In this document: in pieces, positions 12,487 to 24,495 of the stretch
Layout of the letters: every line of letters starts with the position of its first letter
Position numbering within the stretch: position 1 is the stretch's first letter
Assembly: GCA_973895155.1 (NCBI GenBank)
Contig: OZ316891.1
Location: forward strand, 21,331,280-21,395,279
DNA length: 64,000 nucleotides
Source: Marsupella aquatica
Taxonomy: Eukaryota; Plantae; Marchantiophyta
Direction of reading: 5' to 3'
Made by a program: the position numbers and the translations under genes
The notes under the pieces: model-generated
Database searches by the model: none
What the model saw: the letters and a program-made list of their open reading frames with translations, nothing else
Told to the model about the DNA's origin: nothing

Positions 12487-15400
12487 ATGTCTATACACTT
12501 CAAATTTAGAAGTGCAGTGGAGTACGATTCAGTCAGCATTGAGGGCCATTTCATTTCCGTCATCAACCTCAAGGACAAGATTATTGAGGCGAAGAATTTG
12601 GGAAAAGGCACAGATTTTGATCTTCTAACAACGAACGCGCAAACTGGAGAAGGTACGTGATATCAATTGTGAGGGGAAGGGAGTTCTTTTTGGGTCTCTG
12701 GTGGGAGTTGTGGGTTCTGGGTTCATTTATCAGTGCAACTGTTCTCCAAGGCCAGGTAGACTGCTGCCTCTGCATGACAGGGTGAACGCTTTGCATTGGG
12801 GTTTTCGGAACAGTGGAGAATTTTTCCAGCTCTTTTTGTGGGGGCCCCGATTTGGTGCGTTGAAAAGTTCCATCAATTACCATCAATTACGGGAAGACAC
12901 GAATTTTGATGTGCGTAAGTGGGTGAACTTGTTACAGAATATACGGACGATGCCTTTCTTGTGCCTAAGAATACAAGTGTGATCATCAAACGAGTACCTG
13001 CTACACGGGCGAAGCCTATTCTGCGTGTTGATGACAAGTAAGTGCATGCCTCGCTCTCAATGCGGACATTCTCTCCGACAAACTCCCAATAATCCCATCT
13101 TTGTTTCACCGCGGCAATCTGTGTCCGAGGCCGGAACATCGTATCTCTGTCTTTGTAGTCCCTCTTTTGGCATCCGCGCTATCTCTCGGAGCTTTGCTAT
13201 ATCGAAGGATGGATTTTTCTTTACCGCAATTCTCCCCGCATGTGGGTCCATTACCTTTCAGGTGACAGTTGCCTTGATCTTCCCCATTGATAACTATTGC
13301 ATGAAGAGCTGGACCTTGCAAAGGTTCCTACATCCAGAATATCTATGAGCTTTGTCCCTTTATGTTAGCTCTAAGAATGTAGACTTACGTGCAGACCTAA
13401 ATCACTCGCAAGTGAGCAGACTGGGACCGAGTTTACAAGAGGCTCAGACACTGCAGTACCACCCGCACCTCTTGTTGTAAGTCGTCTATGTCCGCTCTAT
13501 GTCGGTCTCTGTCCTGGGTATGCAAAGATGATATATTTTTGCTTATGTGTTTCATTTACTGCAAAGTTTTCATAGATCATGGACTATGAGTCTGAATCGG
13601 AAGGGCATCAATTCCTTTCTGGCAGCCTGAAAGACTTCCCCGGACTCCGTTTTGAACTAGTTACATTGATATAATTGTAGGTGCTTCCCGTCGTATATAG
13701 CTGAATATTTCTGGAAATCCAGGTATGTTCCTTGGAATTTCTTTGTGACAGTGGTGTTTCATCTTTTGCAGATTGTGACTGATGACAGCATGGATGATTT
13801 TGGGGTTGATTTGTATGCCATCCCTGAGCCGCTGCCGACCAAAATTGATTTTGATGAGGATAGCCGGTTTACTGCCGTGGTCAACAAGACTGCTACTGAC
13901 TGGCAAAGGTGATTAACTTGGGGCCATAAGCTTGCAGATTTGGGTAGGAGTGTTGTAGTGGCAGGGGACATAATTCGTCGCGCGTGCGTATCAATTCGAT
14001 GATATAATCCGATGAAAGAGAGATTCGTTATCTTTCTTTGCCGTATATATTGATTCAACTAGTTAGGGAGACTCCGGCCGTACCGCAGGGTATTGCATGC
14101 GTCTCTTCTGGACGTGGGCTTTCTTACGGGCCGTGGTGGCATGTAGGGCAATTGAGAACTTGAATTCGCTAAGAAATCAAAGATACTTTTTCTTTGTAGT
14201 GACTTGAGAGTTGCCTTTGTTACCTAGTGAATAGTTTGAAATCATGCACCTGGAAAAGCGTAGGAGAGGTGTCCTTGGTTGCGAGCATTGACAGTTCATA
14301 TGACGAACAAAGAGTAGTGCAGAAAGACGCGTTCAAGATGCAGCGTTTCTTTTTCCATCCTTGTTGACTTTAATCTTTTTAGTCACCTCCTCAGTCATCT
14401 TATCATAACCATTAAGTATAAAAGATGTTGGACCTCAGACCTTTGTATTTTTGACTCGAAACAGGCAAACACAGGAGGCTTATGCAGGTGGTGGTGGACG
14501 TGGTTTTGGAAGGCTCGCCTATGGCAGAGGTGTAGCAAGAGGTTTGGATCCTATTCTTCCTTGCGAATTGGCAGTGACGTCGCTTTCAATCAGATTTCAT
14601 TCCCTGGACAAATCTCTTTGAATAGTTGTGGGTGAAGAAGGTGACGGGGCTGTGTGTTTAATCTTGACTGCTGCTGGTTCCATGCTCGGATTGATCTCAG
14701 AGGATGTTAAGGTAGTGATCAGGGTCGACGGCTAGGAACTTTAACCACTTATCTAATCATCTTTAGCCGTTGGGCCTTCCTGTGCGTCATCATAAGAAAA
14801 TCATGTAACCTTTCCATCCCGTACATTCATGACCTCATGTGTTTAGATCAGGCCCCCAGTTTGCATGTTTAAAAAACTGTTTCTGGTGTTTCAGCAGACT
14901 GAATCGGGTGATCATGAACAGAGTCCTAAGCCTCGGTAGTGGAGTTCATGACTGTTTTTTGGGTGTTCAGGTAGAGGGTATGGGAGAGCAATTCCACCAC
15001 AAGGTTATGTGTGTCACCGCTGTAGCCAACCAGGTGAGTTAAGCTCTTTATCTTAGGCTCAAAGTTGCTGTAGCTTGACGTTAGAAACTTTCATATGTAG
15101 AAATATGTTTTCCCCCTCCCTGTGGCCCTCCTGTCTTGGTATAACTTTTGGCATCTCTGCCATGTTTTAGGTCACTTCATCCAACACTGTCCTACCAATG
15201 GCGACCCTTCATATGACATGAGGAGGGTGAAGCTTCCTGTTGGTATACCGAAGACACGACTGAAGGCTGATCAGGAAGGGGGTTATATTTTGCCTGATGG
15301 ATCAGTGGCTGCGATGCAACCAGACGAGTAAGTGCACTCAAGGGTTCAATTTTGCTCTCTCAAGTTTCAACACCTGTGACACTTGGTTTTTCGACCGAGG

Positions 15401-18400
15401 TTTGTCTGACTGTTTCATTTATGGCACCTGATTATAGGTCTGTGTTTGCGAAAGAGGCAGATGCGTTGCTGTCTGTCAGGCCAACTTCGGCAGAACCACC
15501 GCCTGAGCTGAGATGCCCTCTGTGTCAGGCTATTTTCAAGGATGCAGTGATGATACCTTGTTGCCACTACAGCTTTTGTGATAAATGTAATTATTCTCAC
15601 CTCAATTTCGAGATCGGTGGCAGTTATGCTTTTGAAGCCGCTGTTGGTTGTTTCAGTGATTGCGTCTGAGTGGATGAAGTACTTATCTGGGCTATCTGGC
15701 CTCTATTCTTTTGCAGGTATACGACAAGAGCTTATATCGAAAGGGAAATGCCCCCAATGTGGTTCTAGCAAGTTTAAGAATGATGATCTGCTTCCCAACA
15801 TTGCTCTCCGTCAAGCTATAGATCGCTTTCTGGAAACTCAAGCGCCAACAACCAGTGCAGATGAAGGCCCCAAACCTCAGCCAGTATCTGGTATGTCCTG
15901 TGCATGCCTTTAGACAAAGTGTTCATATCCACCCTTTCCTGAGTATTTTAGTGGGTCCAGTGAGACACTTAATCTGACTTCCATTGTCTTCTTGACCAGA
16001 TGTGGAGCCCGTTTCTCGCCCAAAGGCACCAGCTCGGTTACAGATAGAGCTACGAAAGCCTGCTGCAAGCGCGCCCCCGTCAGCAAAAATTGAGGCTGTA
16101 GAAAAGGAGAACAGTCCTATCATCAATGCGGAACCCGTCACTGATTCTGCAGCTGCAGTTTCGGAGAAGTCCAGCCCTGCAGATGAAGAGAAGGATGCCG
16201 ATGCTAATCCTAGAGCTGAAGCTGGGGCTTCAGTAGTCATTGTTCCTTCATCTGCTCCTCAGAATAGTGAGGTTGTTGCTGTCCAAAGTAGCAAAACAGA
16301 TGAAAATGTGTCAGATGTACATCCTGCAATTATGAAGGATGTTTCTGATCTTGTCAAAGGAGGAGGGATGGATCCTGTAATTGACGATGGGGGAGGCATG
16401 GTCAATAATATGTCTGAGCCTCCCTCTCATAAGGAGGCAGAAGGTGTAGCTGTCGAGTCTGAGGTTAGCAAAGGTGTGTTTCATGTATCAACAGTTCGAA
16501 ATGATGCTCATATACGTGTTCCTTTGGGACTCAGAAGCACAATTTCTTGTAAGCGGGATGTAGTGGGTATCTCGCATATTGAGACATTATATTGTGTGAA
16601 CCTCTTATCCATATGCTGTACAGCAGTGCAACTCAGCAAAACGGCTGAAAGGCGTATTTTGGTCTAGGTTTGTGGTGAGACTTCTAGGATGTGAGTTTGT
16701 ATTCTTTAGGGGTGTGCTGGTAATGTAGGCTTTATGTGACTTTCTTTCAACTAGATATGTTTGTTTGGCGTTGTGTGTTATGATAGGTTTGATAACGATA
16801 GTTTCTTACGGTTTTCACGGTAGCTCCTCCCTGCTCACAGCTTCTCTGCTGCATTGTGTACCTAGAATAGTCTTGACTAGAACTTCGCTTGCGTCGCCCA
16901 ACTTGAGGATTTTCTTCAATCTTGAATAGCTGGCAAGCTTTAACAGGCTACTCAAGACCAAAGCCGAATGCCACAGGAACTGGCAGGTAGATCAATTGCT
17001 TGTAGTACACAACCTGACAGTGGTATGACTGGAATATCTTCAGGCAAGAAAAAGAAGAAGCGTGCTCGTGTGATTACTGGAGGTAGGATTTAACATTGTC
17101 TTGCAGCCGTGTCTCTTCTCTTTTCATATAGTTGTGGTTCAGAACCCTCATTTGCCGGAGTAATTGACCCACAACCAAAACCAGAAGATCATTGCCTTTT
17201 TTATTTGACTTATTTGTTGAGATATCGTTCAGTGAGGCCACATACTTATTTGTTGAGATATCGTTCAGTGAGGCCACATCTCAGCCTGGATTCTCAGTCA
17301 GAGTTTCTTCCTTATTCTTACGTGTATAGCAGATGGAGCAGGGGACTTCATGGGTGCTGGCAAAGGAAAAAGGGTCAGTCTTTACCCTCTGACCTTTGAT
17401 TTGTCAGGAGAGTTACTAGTGTCATTATGGTGCTCAAAAGGGGTTTCTCGAGAGTGTCAGCCATATGTCTGAAAATCTTTCTCTGGCAGATGCAGGGGGA
17501 CCGATTTTGCTATATTTGTGGCTCTCCAGAGCATTTAGCTCGAGATTGTTTGGAAAATCCTGAGCTTGCTCAACCACCACATCCAGGGATGTTTGGTCCA
17601 GGTACTGGGATACATTTGAAGCTGTGGTGATTGAAGTCAATAACGGACGTTTCTGTTATAATACCTTGTTTAAGAAATGGTCTCGCTTTCGTAATATTAT
17701 TCCCTGGGGTAACCTTTCTTGAGATTCGTTCATCTCACGATTCACTGAAGGAAAAAAAATCTAAGAATTCTTGGAATGTTCGCAGGACCCCCTGGACTGC
17801 CACCCTATGGTCCAGATATGTACTGGCAGGGACCCCAGATGCCACAGCATGGACGGCCCTTCCCTGGTCCCTACGGAGAGGGCATGTATGGTCCTGGGCC
17901 AATGCCCTTTGATGCACCAATGATGCCACCTGGACCTTACAACATGGGCCCATACATGCCCCCAATGTATCACGGGGCACCTATGCATGGGTAAGCTACT
18001 TATGTTCCAAGTTCAAGTTATTATTCATGTGTTCTTGAAATTGTGAATGCAATGCTGCAAGGTCTGCTCTAATTTTAGCTTTCTGTCTGTAGTGGCTTCA
18101 TGGGTGGTGCTATGCCGCCTTCTGGTATGGCACCGATGGAGAGGCCTCTAAGTAGGGAGGAATTTATGGAAATGCAAGAGCGGGAGAGACGTCGTCGGTT
18201 GATGCATGAACGCCTCCACAGGTAAGACCCGTTTCGACAGTCTTGTGTTCATGCTGTGCAATATGCAATCCTATGTCGATGTGGAGGTTTGTTAAATTTC
18301 CGGTAGCTTAGACCAGAAATGTAGGGCGTTCTGGTTGAACATTGTTCACCAATGCTGATGGACAGGATAGTTAGATAGATTAGAAGCTAGTTTTTAGGCT

Positions 18401-19690
18401 TTTGGATGTATGATGAGGTCAAGGCTTCGATGTTTGTATTCAATGGTGTAATGTTGTGAAAGGCAAGTTGTTTCAAATATTACTCTGGTTTCAGTCACAA
18501 AGTCAGGGTCTGCGTGGAGAAGCTCTCTTCTTGGTTAAATGGTGACCCGAAAATTGTGTGATCTGTGTAGGGATTGGTCGCCAGAAAGATCATATTCCAG
18601 GGAAGGGAACTGGCATCCACAGACACCAGACTCGGAGAGGAGAAGGTATGAGAATGAGAGGCGAGGTACTATCGAAGAGCATCAGAGTTTGCCTCGGAAA
18701 CGCGATGTGGACCGAGACTCTGTAAGAAATTACTCAGATGAAACTGAAATTTATAGGAAAAAGGGAGGTACCCAAGACCAAACACATGTATTGTTAGCTA
18801 ACAGTGCCGCATATCAGAGGAATACGAGCAATTCTGATGATGATCTTGCTTCTTTTGATGAATTGAAGAGCAGAAAATCGCAGCTAGAAAAACATCGGCA
18901 TAGCGGAAAGGCTCCACCACTTTCTAGTAAAAGGGAGAGTAGGCATCAGCGGGATGTTGATGTAGAGAGATTTAGCTCAGAGCTTGAGGATGATGTGGTT
19001 GAACTAAGCTATTCAGCTAGACGCAGTGAAAAGAGGCCTAAAGATGTTGATCTGCCTCCTATGAAGCTTGGTAGGCAGACCTCTAGAAGGAACGAGGATA
19101 CAAAGAGTGGGCATTTGAGTGCCAGTGGGGGGGACAGTCATTCGAGCCGTCATAGGAGTAGAAAGAATGTTGTTGATGCTGGAAAGTTCGATATGGACTA
19201 CGATGAGGGAAAAAGTTTTGTGAGGTCCAGCAAGCATGCCCGGGGCCGGTCGAGGAGCTCAGAGCAAGTTGGACGGTTGCATGTAAATGAATTTTCAGGC
19301 TCTGAAGTGGATGCCCATGATGAGATTAGGGATGTGGAAAAACCTAGGCGGCGGAAACATCGTAGCCACTCCAAGTCCAAACCGGAGTTGGGCCTTCCAG
19401 AGGGTGAGTCAGATGACGATGTGAAGAAGAAAAAGAGAAAACATAAGAAGCATCATGATGAAGGTAGCCTGGAGAAAACTAGAGATGGTAGGACTGTTGC
19501 AGCTGGAGATCATAGTTCCAAGCAGCGAAAGCACCACAAATCAAAGAACGGTTCCCACGGGATCACGTCCTCACCTGCCCACCTTGAAGATACTAGGTGG
19601 CAACTAGATTCGGGGCATGATGTGGTCATTGCTAGCCACAGGGCCAAGCACAGCAAGCATCGGCGCAGTGACAATGGTAAGGTCAAGTAA
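12487..19690 (+). CDS. DWNN-domain / zinc-knuckle / RING E3 ubiquitin ligase (RBBP6/Mpe1/PQT3 family)
   Basis: Exons approx. 12487-12652 and 12938-13037 (DWNN: MSIHFKFRS...PKNTSVIIKRVP), 13395-13475, 13772-13908, 14465-14541, 14971-15033 and 15171-15327 (knuckle CHRCSQPGHFIQHCP), 15438-15586 and 15717-15890 (RING CPLC...IPCCHYSFCDKC...CPQC), 16000-16473, 17044-17081, 17332-17373, 17497-17601 (second knuckle CYICGSPEHLARDC), 17786-17990 (Pro-rich), 18093-18221 and 18571-19690 (R/S/K-rich tail). Confidence 0.92.
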
Positions 19691-20189
19691 GTAAAGGTAA
19701 TTGCAGCGGTCTTTGTTGGTCATCATTTAGTTGCAAGAGTTTCTCTTCTGCCAATTGGTATATGTCTATCCTTGATCTGGATTTGTGAAAGGGAAGCTGA
19801 AAGCCCTTTGGAAGCAGAACTTGTGAACTTGTGGGCATGTGTCGGGCTGAGATTCTGTTCCATGCCGCATGTCATTGATCTTCAACCTCCCGCAGAGTCC
19901 CTGTCTATCTGCTGTGGACTCTGATTATTGATGTACGTCGAGTTTGCACGAATTTGTCTAAGAAATAAAGATTCAAAGAAAGCAGTCCCCATTCGTACTT
20001 TCTACCAATGAGACTACTCTCCGATGTATTTGACTACTTTACTCTGCCAACGGTTGTGAAAGAGATTCTGTGACTGTTTCTCGTGTCTGGTTTGTACAGT
20101 ACTCGTCATCTACCACTGGTATCAACGTTTGTTTCCGTGGAAGGTATTCAGTTATGGTTTGTGTCAGCCTACAGTACAAGGGCTTGGGC

Positions 20190-20715
20190 TGAAGGGTCCC
20201 CTTGCACTTATAAACTACTGTACTGCCATACTGAATGAAGGTTCCAACTTGCACCTATACACGACTGTAGTGCCATCTCGGTTTGCACAAAACATACTAA
20301 TACACCAGGGCATCCAAAATGAATGAGGGGTCCAACTTGCAATTATACGCTACTGTAGTTCCCTCTAGGTTTGGACAAACAGAGTTACACACCAGGGCGT
20401 TCAAAATGAACGAAGAGTCCACAACTAGCACCTATACTCTACTGCAGTGCCATCTTGTTTTGGACAAAACATACTAAGAAACCAGGGTGCAACTTGCACT
20501 TATGCACTAATGTAGTGCCATTTTGGTTTGGACAAAGTATATGAGCAAACCACTGCATCCAATATGAATGAAGGGTCCAACTTGCAATTATACACTACTG
20601 TAGTGCTATCTCGGTTTGGGCCAGTGCCATCTCGGTTTGGGCCAAACTACTTACACAGCAGAGAATTCAGAATGAATGAAGGGTCCAACTTGTACTCATA
20701 CACTATAGTGCCAGC
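20190..20715. repeat. Degenerate minisatellite, ~70-105-bp unit, about 7 copies
   Basis: Recurrent gaatgaagggtccaacttgca..tatacactactgtagtgccatctcggtttgg, anchors near 20243, 20331, 20418, 20489, 20576 and 20684. Confidence 0.85.
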
Positions 20716-22284
20716 TCAGCCCATGACCGAACCTAAGTTGCCACTATATGGTTTGTGACAATATGGCTGGGAGTATGGTTTGGGGGCATTTTGGGCCCCC
20801 CATCACAATACTGAAGTAGAGTTTCGCCAATAATTATTAAAATTTTGCTGCTAGCAAAACATTTAGAGGCAAGAATTTTGAATACCTGAACGATTGGGGA
20901 TTGTCCTGACCCCAATTTCTTTTCAAATTGGTGAATGGATAAATGAGTCTTTCATGCTGGTGAGGGCTAGCTACATCACAAAATTGAAAAATTTCAACGT
21001 TCTTGACACAGATTAAAGAACAAATTGCATTGGCCTTGAAAACATTTTACATCCAGTGCCAATTGCAGCACAATGAGAGCAATAATATTGGGTGATCTAA
21101 TCAGGTTGAGGCTCACCATTCCATGTGCATCTGTTCTTTAATGTTTCTTTTGTCCAGCAGCAGATTGGCGCCCAATTAGGCCATTGTTGGTCATTGACAG
21201 TATTTGATTCACTCACAAATGGCAAGTGATAGCTGAACCACAATTAGTAATCCATGACTGGAGCTCAAACACTAACACAAAAGCTGTTGCAACAATGCCA
21301 AGCTCATTTGCAAATGGGTCAACTGCAGACCACAAGTCACAGCATGAACTGGCTGTATAGGACTAATTGCCAGGTGAAATGACATAATCCTCCTGCAACA
21401 GGTCACATTCAGATGGAAGTGTTACACATATCACCCTTAGTAAAATACTATGTGAGACCTGGGTCTATGCGGGGTTGCCAAAATCCTGGCTGGGCTTCCA
21501 TGTAAATGTGGTATGTAATACAGGTTACTGGTGTGGTACGAATCATGGAGGTCCTTACTATATCCATATAAATCTATGACCCAAAACTATTGATAAGTAA
21601 TTTTTCCAGTCCCGTATTTGCATATAAACAATAGTTTAAGATGGGGTTCTAGTCTGAACCTGCTTCTAAAATGCTCTCCCCTGTTGCCGCTGATCAGCTA
21701 CTCTTTCACTTTCTGGTCACAACCTAGTAATCAACCCCCTGCCCAGACCGTCATTACTTTTAAGTTTTGTGCTTAGAGTCAAAGAAAGAAGTTATCCTAT
21801 ACTTCCAAGTTTCATGCTTGGAGGCAAAGAAAGAAGACAGAAAAATAAATTGAAAGTTTTAAAAATAGTGAGGGGGAGGCATGTCCTGCAGAAGGGCAAG
21901 AGCAACAATAAGAGTTTTGAGGCTATTATTGTTCGTAATGTTCTGGAATGGGACCTTAGTACACTTAAAGGCCTGAGAGATTTCTTTTGTCTAACTTTTG
22001 TAAAGTAGTGGTAGAATCTTCCTAAAGAGCTGATCTGATCTAGAGAGCATTATGCACCCATAATGCCCTGAAAATGCAAAGGGCAAAATCATGAAAGACA
22101 TTAATCTTGTATAAGCCCTGAAAAACACACAGGAAAATATCATGAGGACATCTTATTATTAAATTGTGAACAAAAGCTAGAATTGGAACCTACAGTAGGT
22201 TTCTAGAGTGAAGTCTCTAGACCCTAACTCTAGGGCCCCACCCAAATTTGCAGATGGAAAGAACTACAAGTCATAATTCCACTT

Positions 22285-23200
22285 AACATTAGTGAAAGAG
22301 GGGGAGGCACGTAGTGCAGGAGGGCAAGAGCAACAAGAGGAGATCTGAATATTTTAACATGAGTAAAAAAGGGGGAGGCAGGTAGTGCAGGAGAGCAAGA
22401 GCAACAAGAAGACAATATTTTAATATTAGTGAAAGTAATATTAGTGAAAGAGGGGGAGGCAGGTAGTGCAAGAGGGCAAGAGCAACAACAAGAGAATATT
22501 TTAACATTAGTGAAAGAGTGGGAGGCAGGTAGTGCAAGAGAGCAAGAGCAACAAGAAGAACCAACTGGCACTGGTCAGTTGGCCAAGGGATGAGCCTAGA
22601 ACCAAGAGGTCCCAGATTCAATCTCCCCTCCACATGCAAGGGTTGTGGAGGGTGAGTGTGTGTGTGGGTGGGGTGTAGTGGGGCAAGTCCTGGTTTCACA
22701 TCAGCCCCTGGCTAGTCCGCTTTGGGGTTCTGGTCCAACCCTCTCTCCCTCCTGGTAGTGTGTATGACCCCCCTTGTGGGCTACTCTACAGAGATGCATG
22801 CTCCGGAGTTGATAGTCTATTCTCTGTTGGATGGGTCAGCTTTCCATATTCAAGGCAAAAAAAGAGCAACAAGAAGAGATCTGAATATTTTAACATGAGT
22901 GAAAAAGAGGGAGGCAGGTAGTGCAGGAGAGCAAGAGCAACAAGAAGAGAATATTTTAACATTAGTGAAAGAAGGGGAGGCAGGTAGTGCAAGAGGGCAA
23001 GAGCAACAAGACGAGAATATTTTAACATTAGTGAAAGAGGGGGATCGAGGCAGGAAGAGCAAGAGGGCAAGAGCAACATGAGTGAAAGAGGGGGAGGCAG
23101 GTAGTGCAGGAGGGCAAGAGCAACAATAAGAGAATATTAACATGAGTGAAAGAGGGGGGAGGCAGGTAGTGCAGGAGGGCAACTAAGCAACAAGAAGAGA
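22285..23200. repeat. ~65-bp minisatellite interrupted by a SINE
   Basis: Unit aacattagtgaaagagggggaggcaggtagtgcaagagggcaagagcaacaagaagagaatatttt, repeated about 4 times left (22285-22557) and about 5 times right (22862-23200) of the insertion. Confidence 0.9.
22558..22863 (+). mobile_element. tRNA-derived SINE, copy 1
   Basis: Head gaaccaactggcactggtcagttgg (A-box-like) ... gaggtcccagattcaatct (B-box-like), ending in an A7 tail. Flanked by aagagcaacaagaag on both sides (candidate TSD, ambiguous inside a tandem array). A homologous head lies at 48624 on the minus strand. Confidence 0.72.
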
Positions 23201-24495
23201 ATAAGAGCGGTGACGAGGTCTACACTAGTACTACTACTGTAGACTACACTCCTATTATGTCATACAGAACTCGAGGACGGCCACGCCAAGCGAGGGAGGG
23301 AGGTGGTGCCAGGGTGGGCGTCGTCCGTCTCAACAGTCCCTGCAGATCCGATGGAGGTCTCCATCCGGGTCCGCCATAGATAGAGTCCTTCAATTTCTAC
23401 ATTCTTCTTCTCGCCTCGCGTCGCTTCTTCCCGAAATCTATGGGGCGAGAGAGCGAGAGAGCAAGAACGACAGACGGACCTGTGCTTACTCGATCTTGCT
23501 TTCACTCGCTCGCTTTCTCGGTGAATTATTAGACGAAGCGAGGCAGGGCTGCGATTTTATTCCATTCGATTGCTTTGCTTGCCTTTTGGCCTCCCCTACT
23601 TCCTCCAACCCTCAAAAGCGAGTGAAACAACTACACTCATCAGACAGCGCCACCTTTCTTCATTCCTTCTTCAGTGAGTCGGTCTACCTTCTCCGGCTCT
23701 CCGCAGTGATTGCTCTCGCCGCTAGATCGTTGTCCGAAAAAGCGGAGCGACAGAAGCAGGCAGGCAGGCAGGCAGGCAGGCAGGCGAGTGCAAATCGGGT
23801 GAAGCACGGTGCTGAAGGATCGGGACCTAATTTGAGAGCGGTAGCGCGGACTGCAGAAGGAAGGCAGGAAGGTGTCGTGGATTTGTGGAGTTTCGGATTT
23901 TGAATTGTGGTCGGCCTGTGAGCGGACGGGCGGTGGATGATTGCGGCAGGGACGGACATGGTGATCATCTGAATCGGTGGATTTTAAGGGATTGCGGATG
24001 GGTGAATGGATGGAAGAATGGTTGATGAATGTGTGACTGGATCGTAGTGAAAGGAGGTTGAGGCAGCGGCGAAGGGATCGTTATGTTGAGCTTGGCGTGT
24101 CGAGCTTCATCTTCGTTTGTAGACACGATGGCGAATGTATCTACTTTCGGCACTGTTGTGGTTGTCTAGCGGATCTGCCGCATTTTTTGTGGCGGGCTTG
24201 AACTCCGTAACGTATGCATGCTAGTTCCGTTCGGTTCCGTTTCGGCTGGTAGGGGATTTCGCCATTGCGTTTGGAGGACAGACAGATAGAGCGGTAGATA
24301 GAAGGATAAGTAGGTAGAAAGACAGATAGGAAGGCAAGGAGGTTGTGCGAGATATCGGGGAGCAAGCTACCGGGGTAGCAACACGCGGGATATGAAAGCC
24401 ATTGTTATTACTGTTGAATTCGCAAAGAAGATTGAACAGGGTGGACGGCTGGACTGGCAAGTGTATTATTATCTTGAACACGAACAAACTGCAAA

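Noticed and set aside
17497-17601. Second zinc knuckle in the DWNN protein as a novelty
   Set aside because: I recall similar second knuckles in other plant PQT3-like proteins, so it is probably a family feature.
20190-20715. CRISPR-like repeat/spacer appearance
   Set aside because: The spacers are homologous to one another, unit lengths are irregular, there are no cas genes, and the context is a eukaryotic genome.
22558-22630. Possible tRNA gene
   Set aside because: No acceptor stem or cloverleaf; it continues into a SINE body with an A tail.
22230-23182. Cys-rich and Leu-rich repeat ORFs
   Set aside because: Translations of the 65-bp minisatellite.
23223-23245. CACTAGT motif as a second CACTA end
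   Set aside because: Not followed by the GAAAAT TIR continuation or GTCAT subterminal repeats, and has no partner end.
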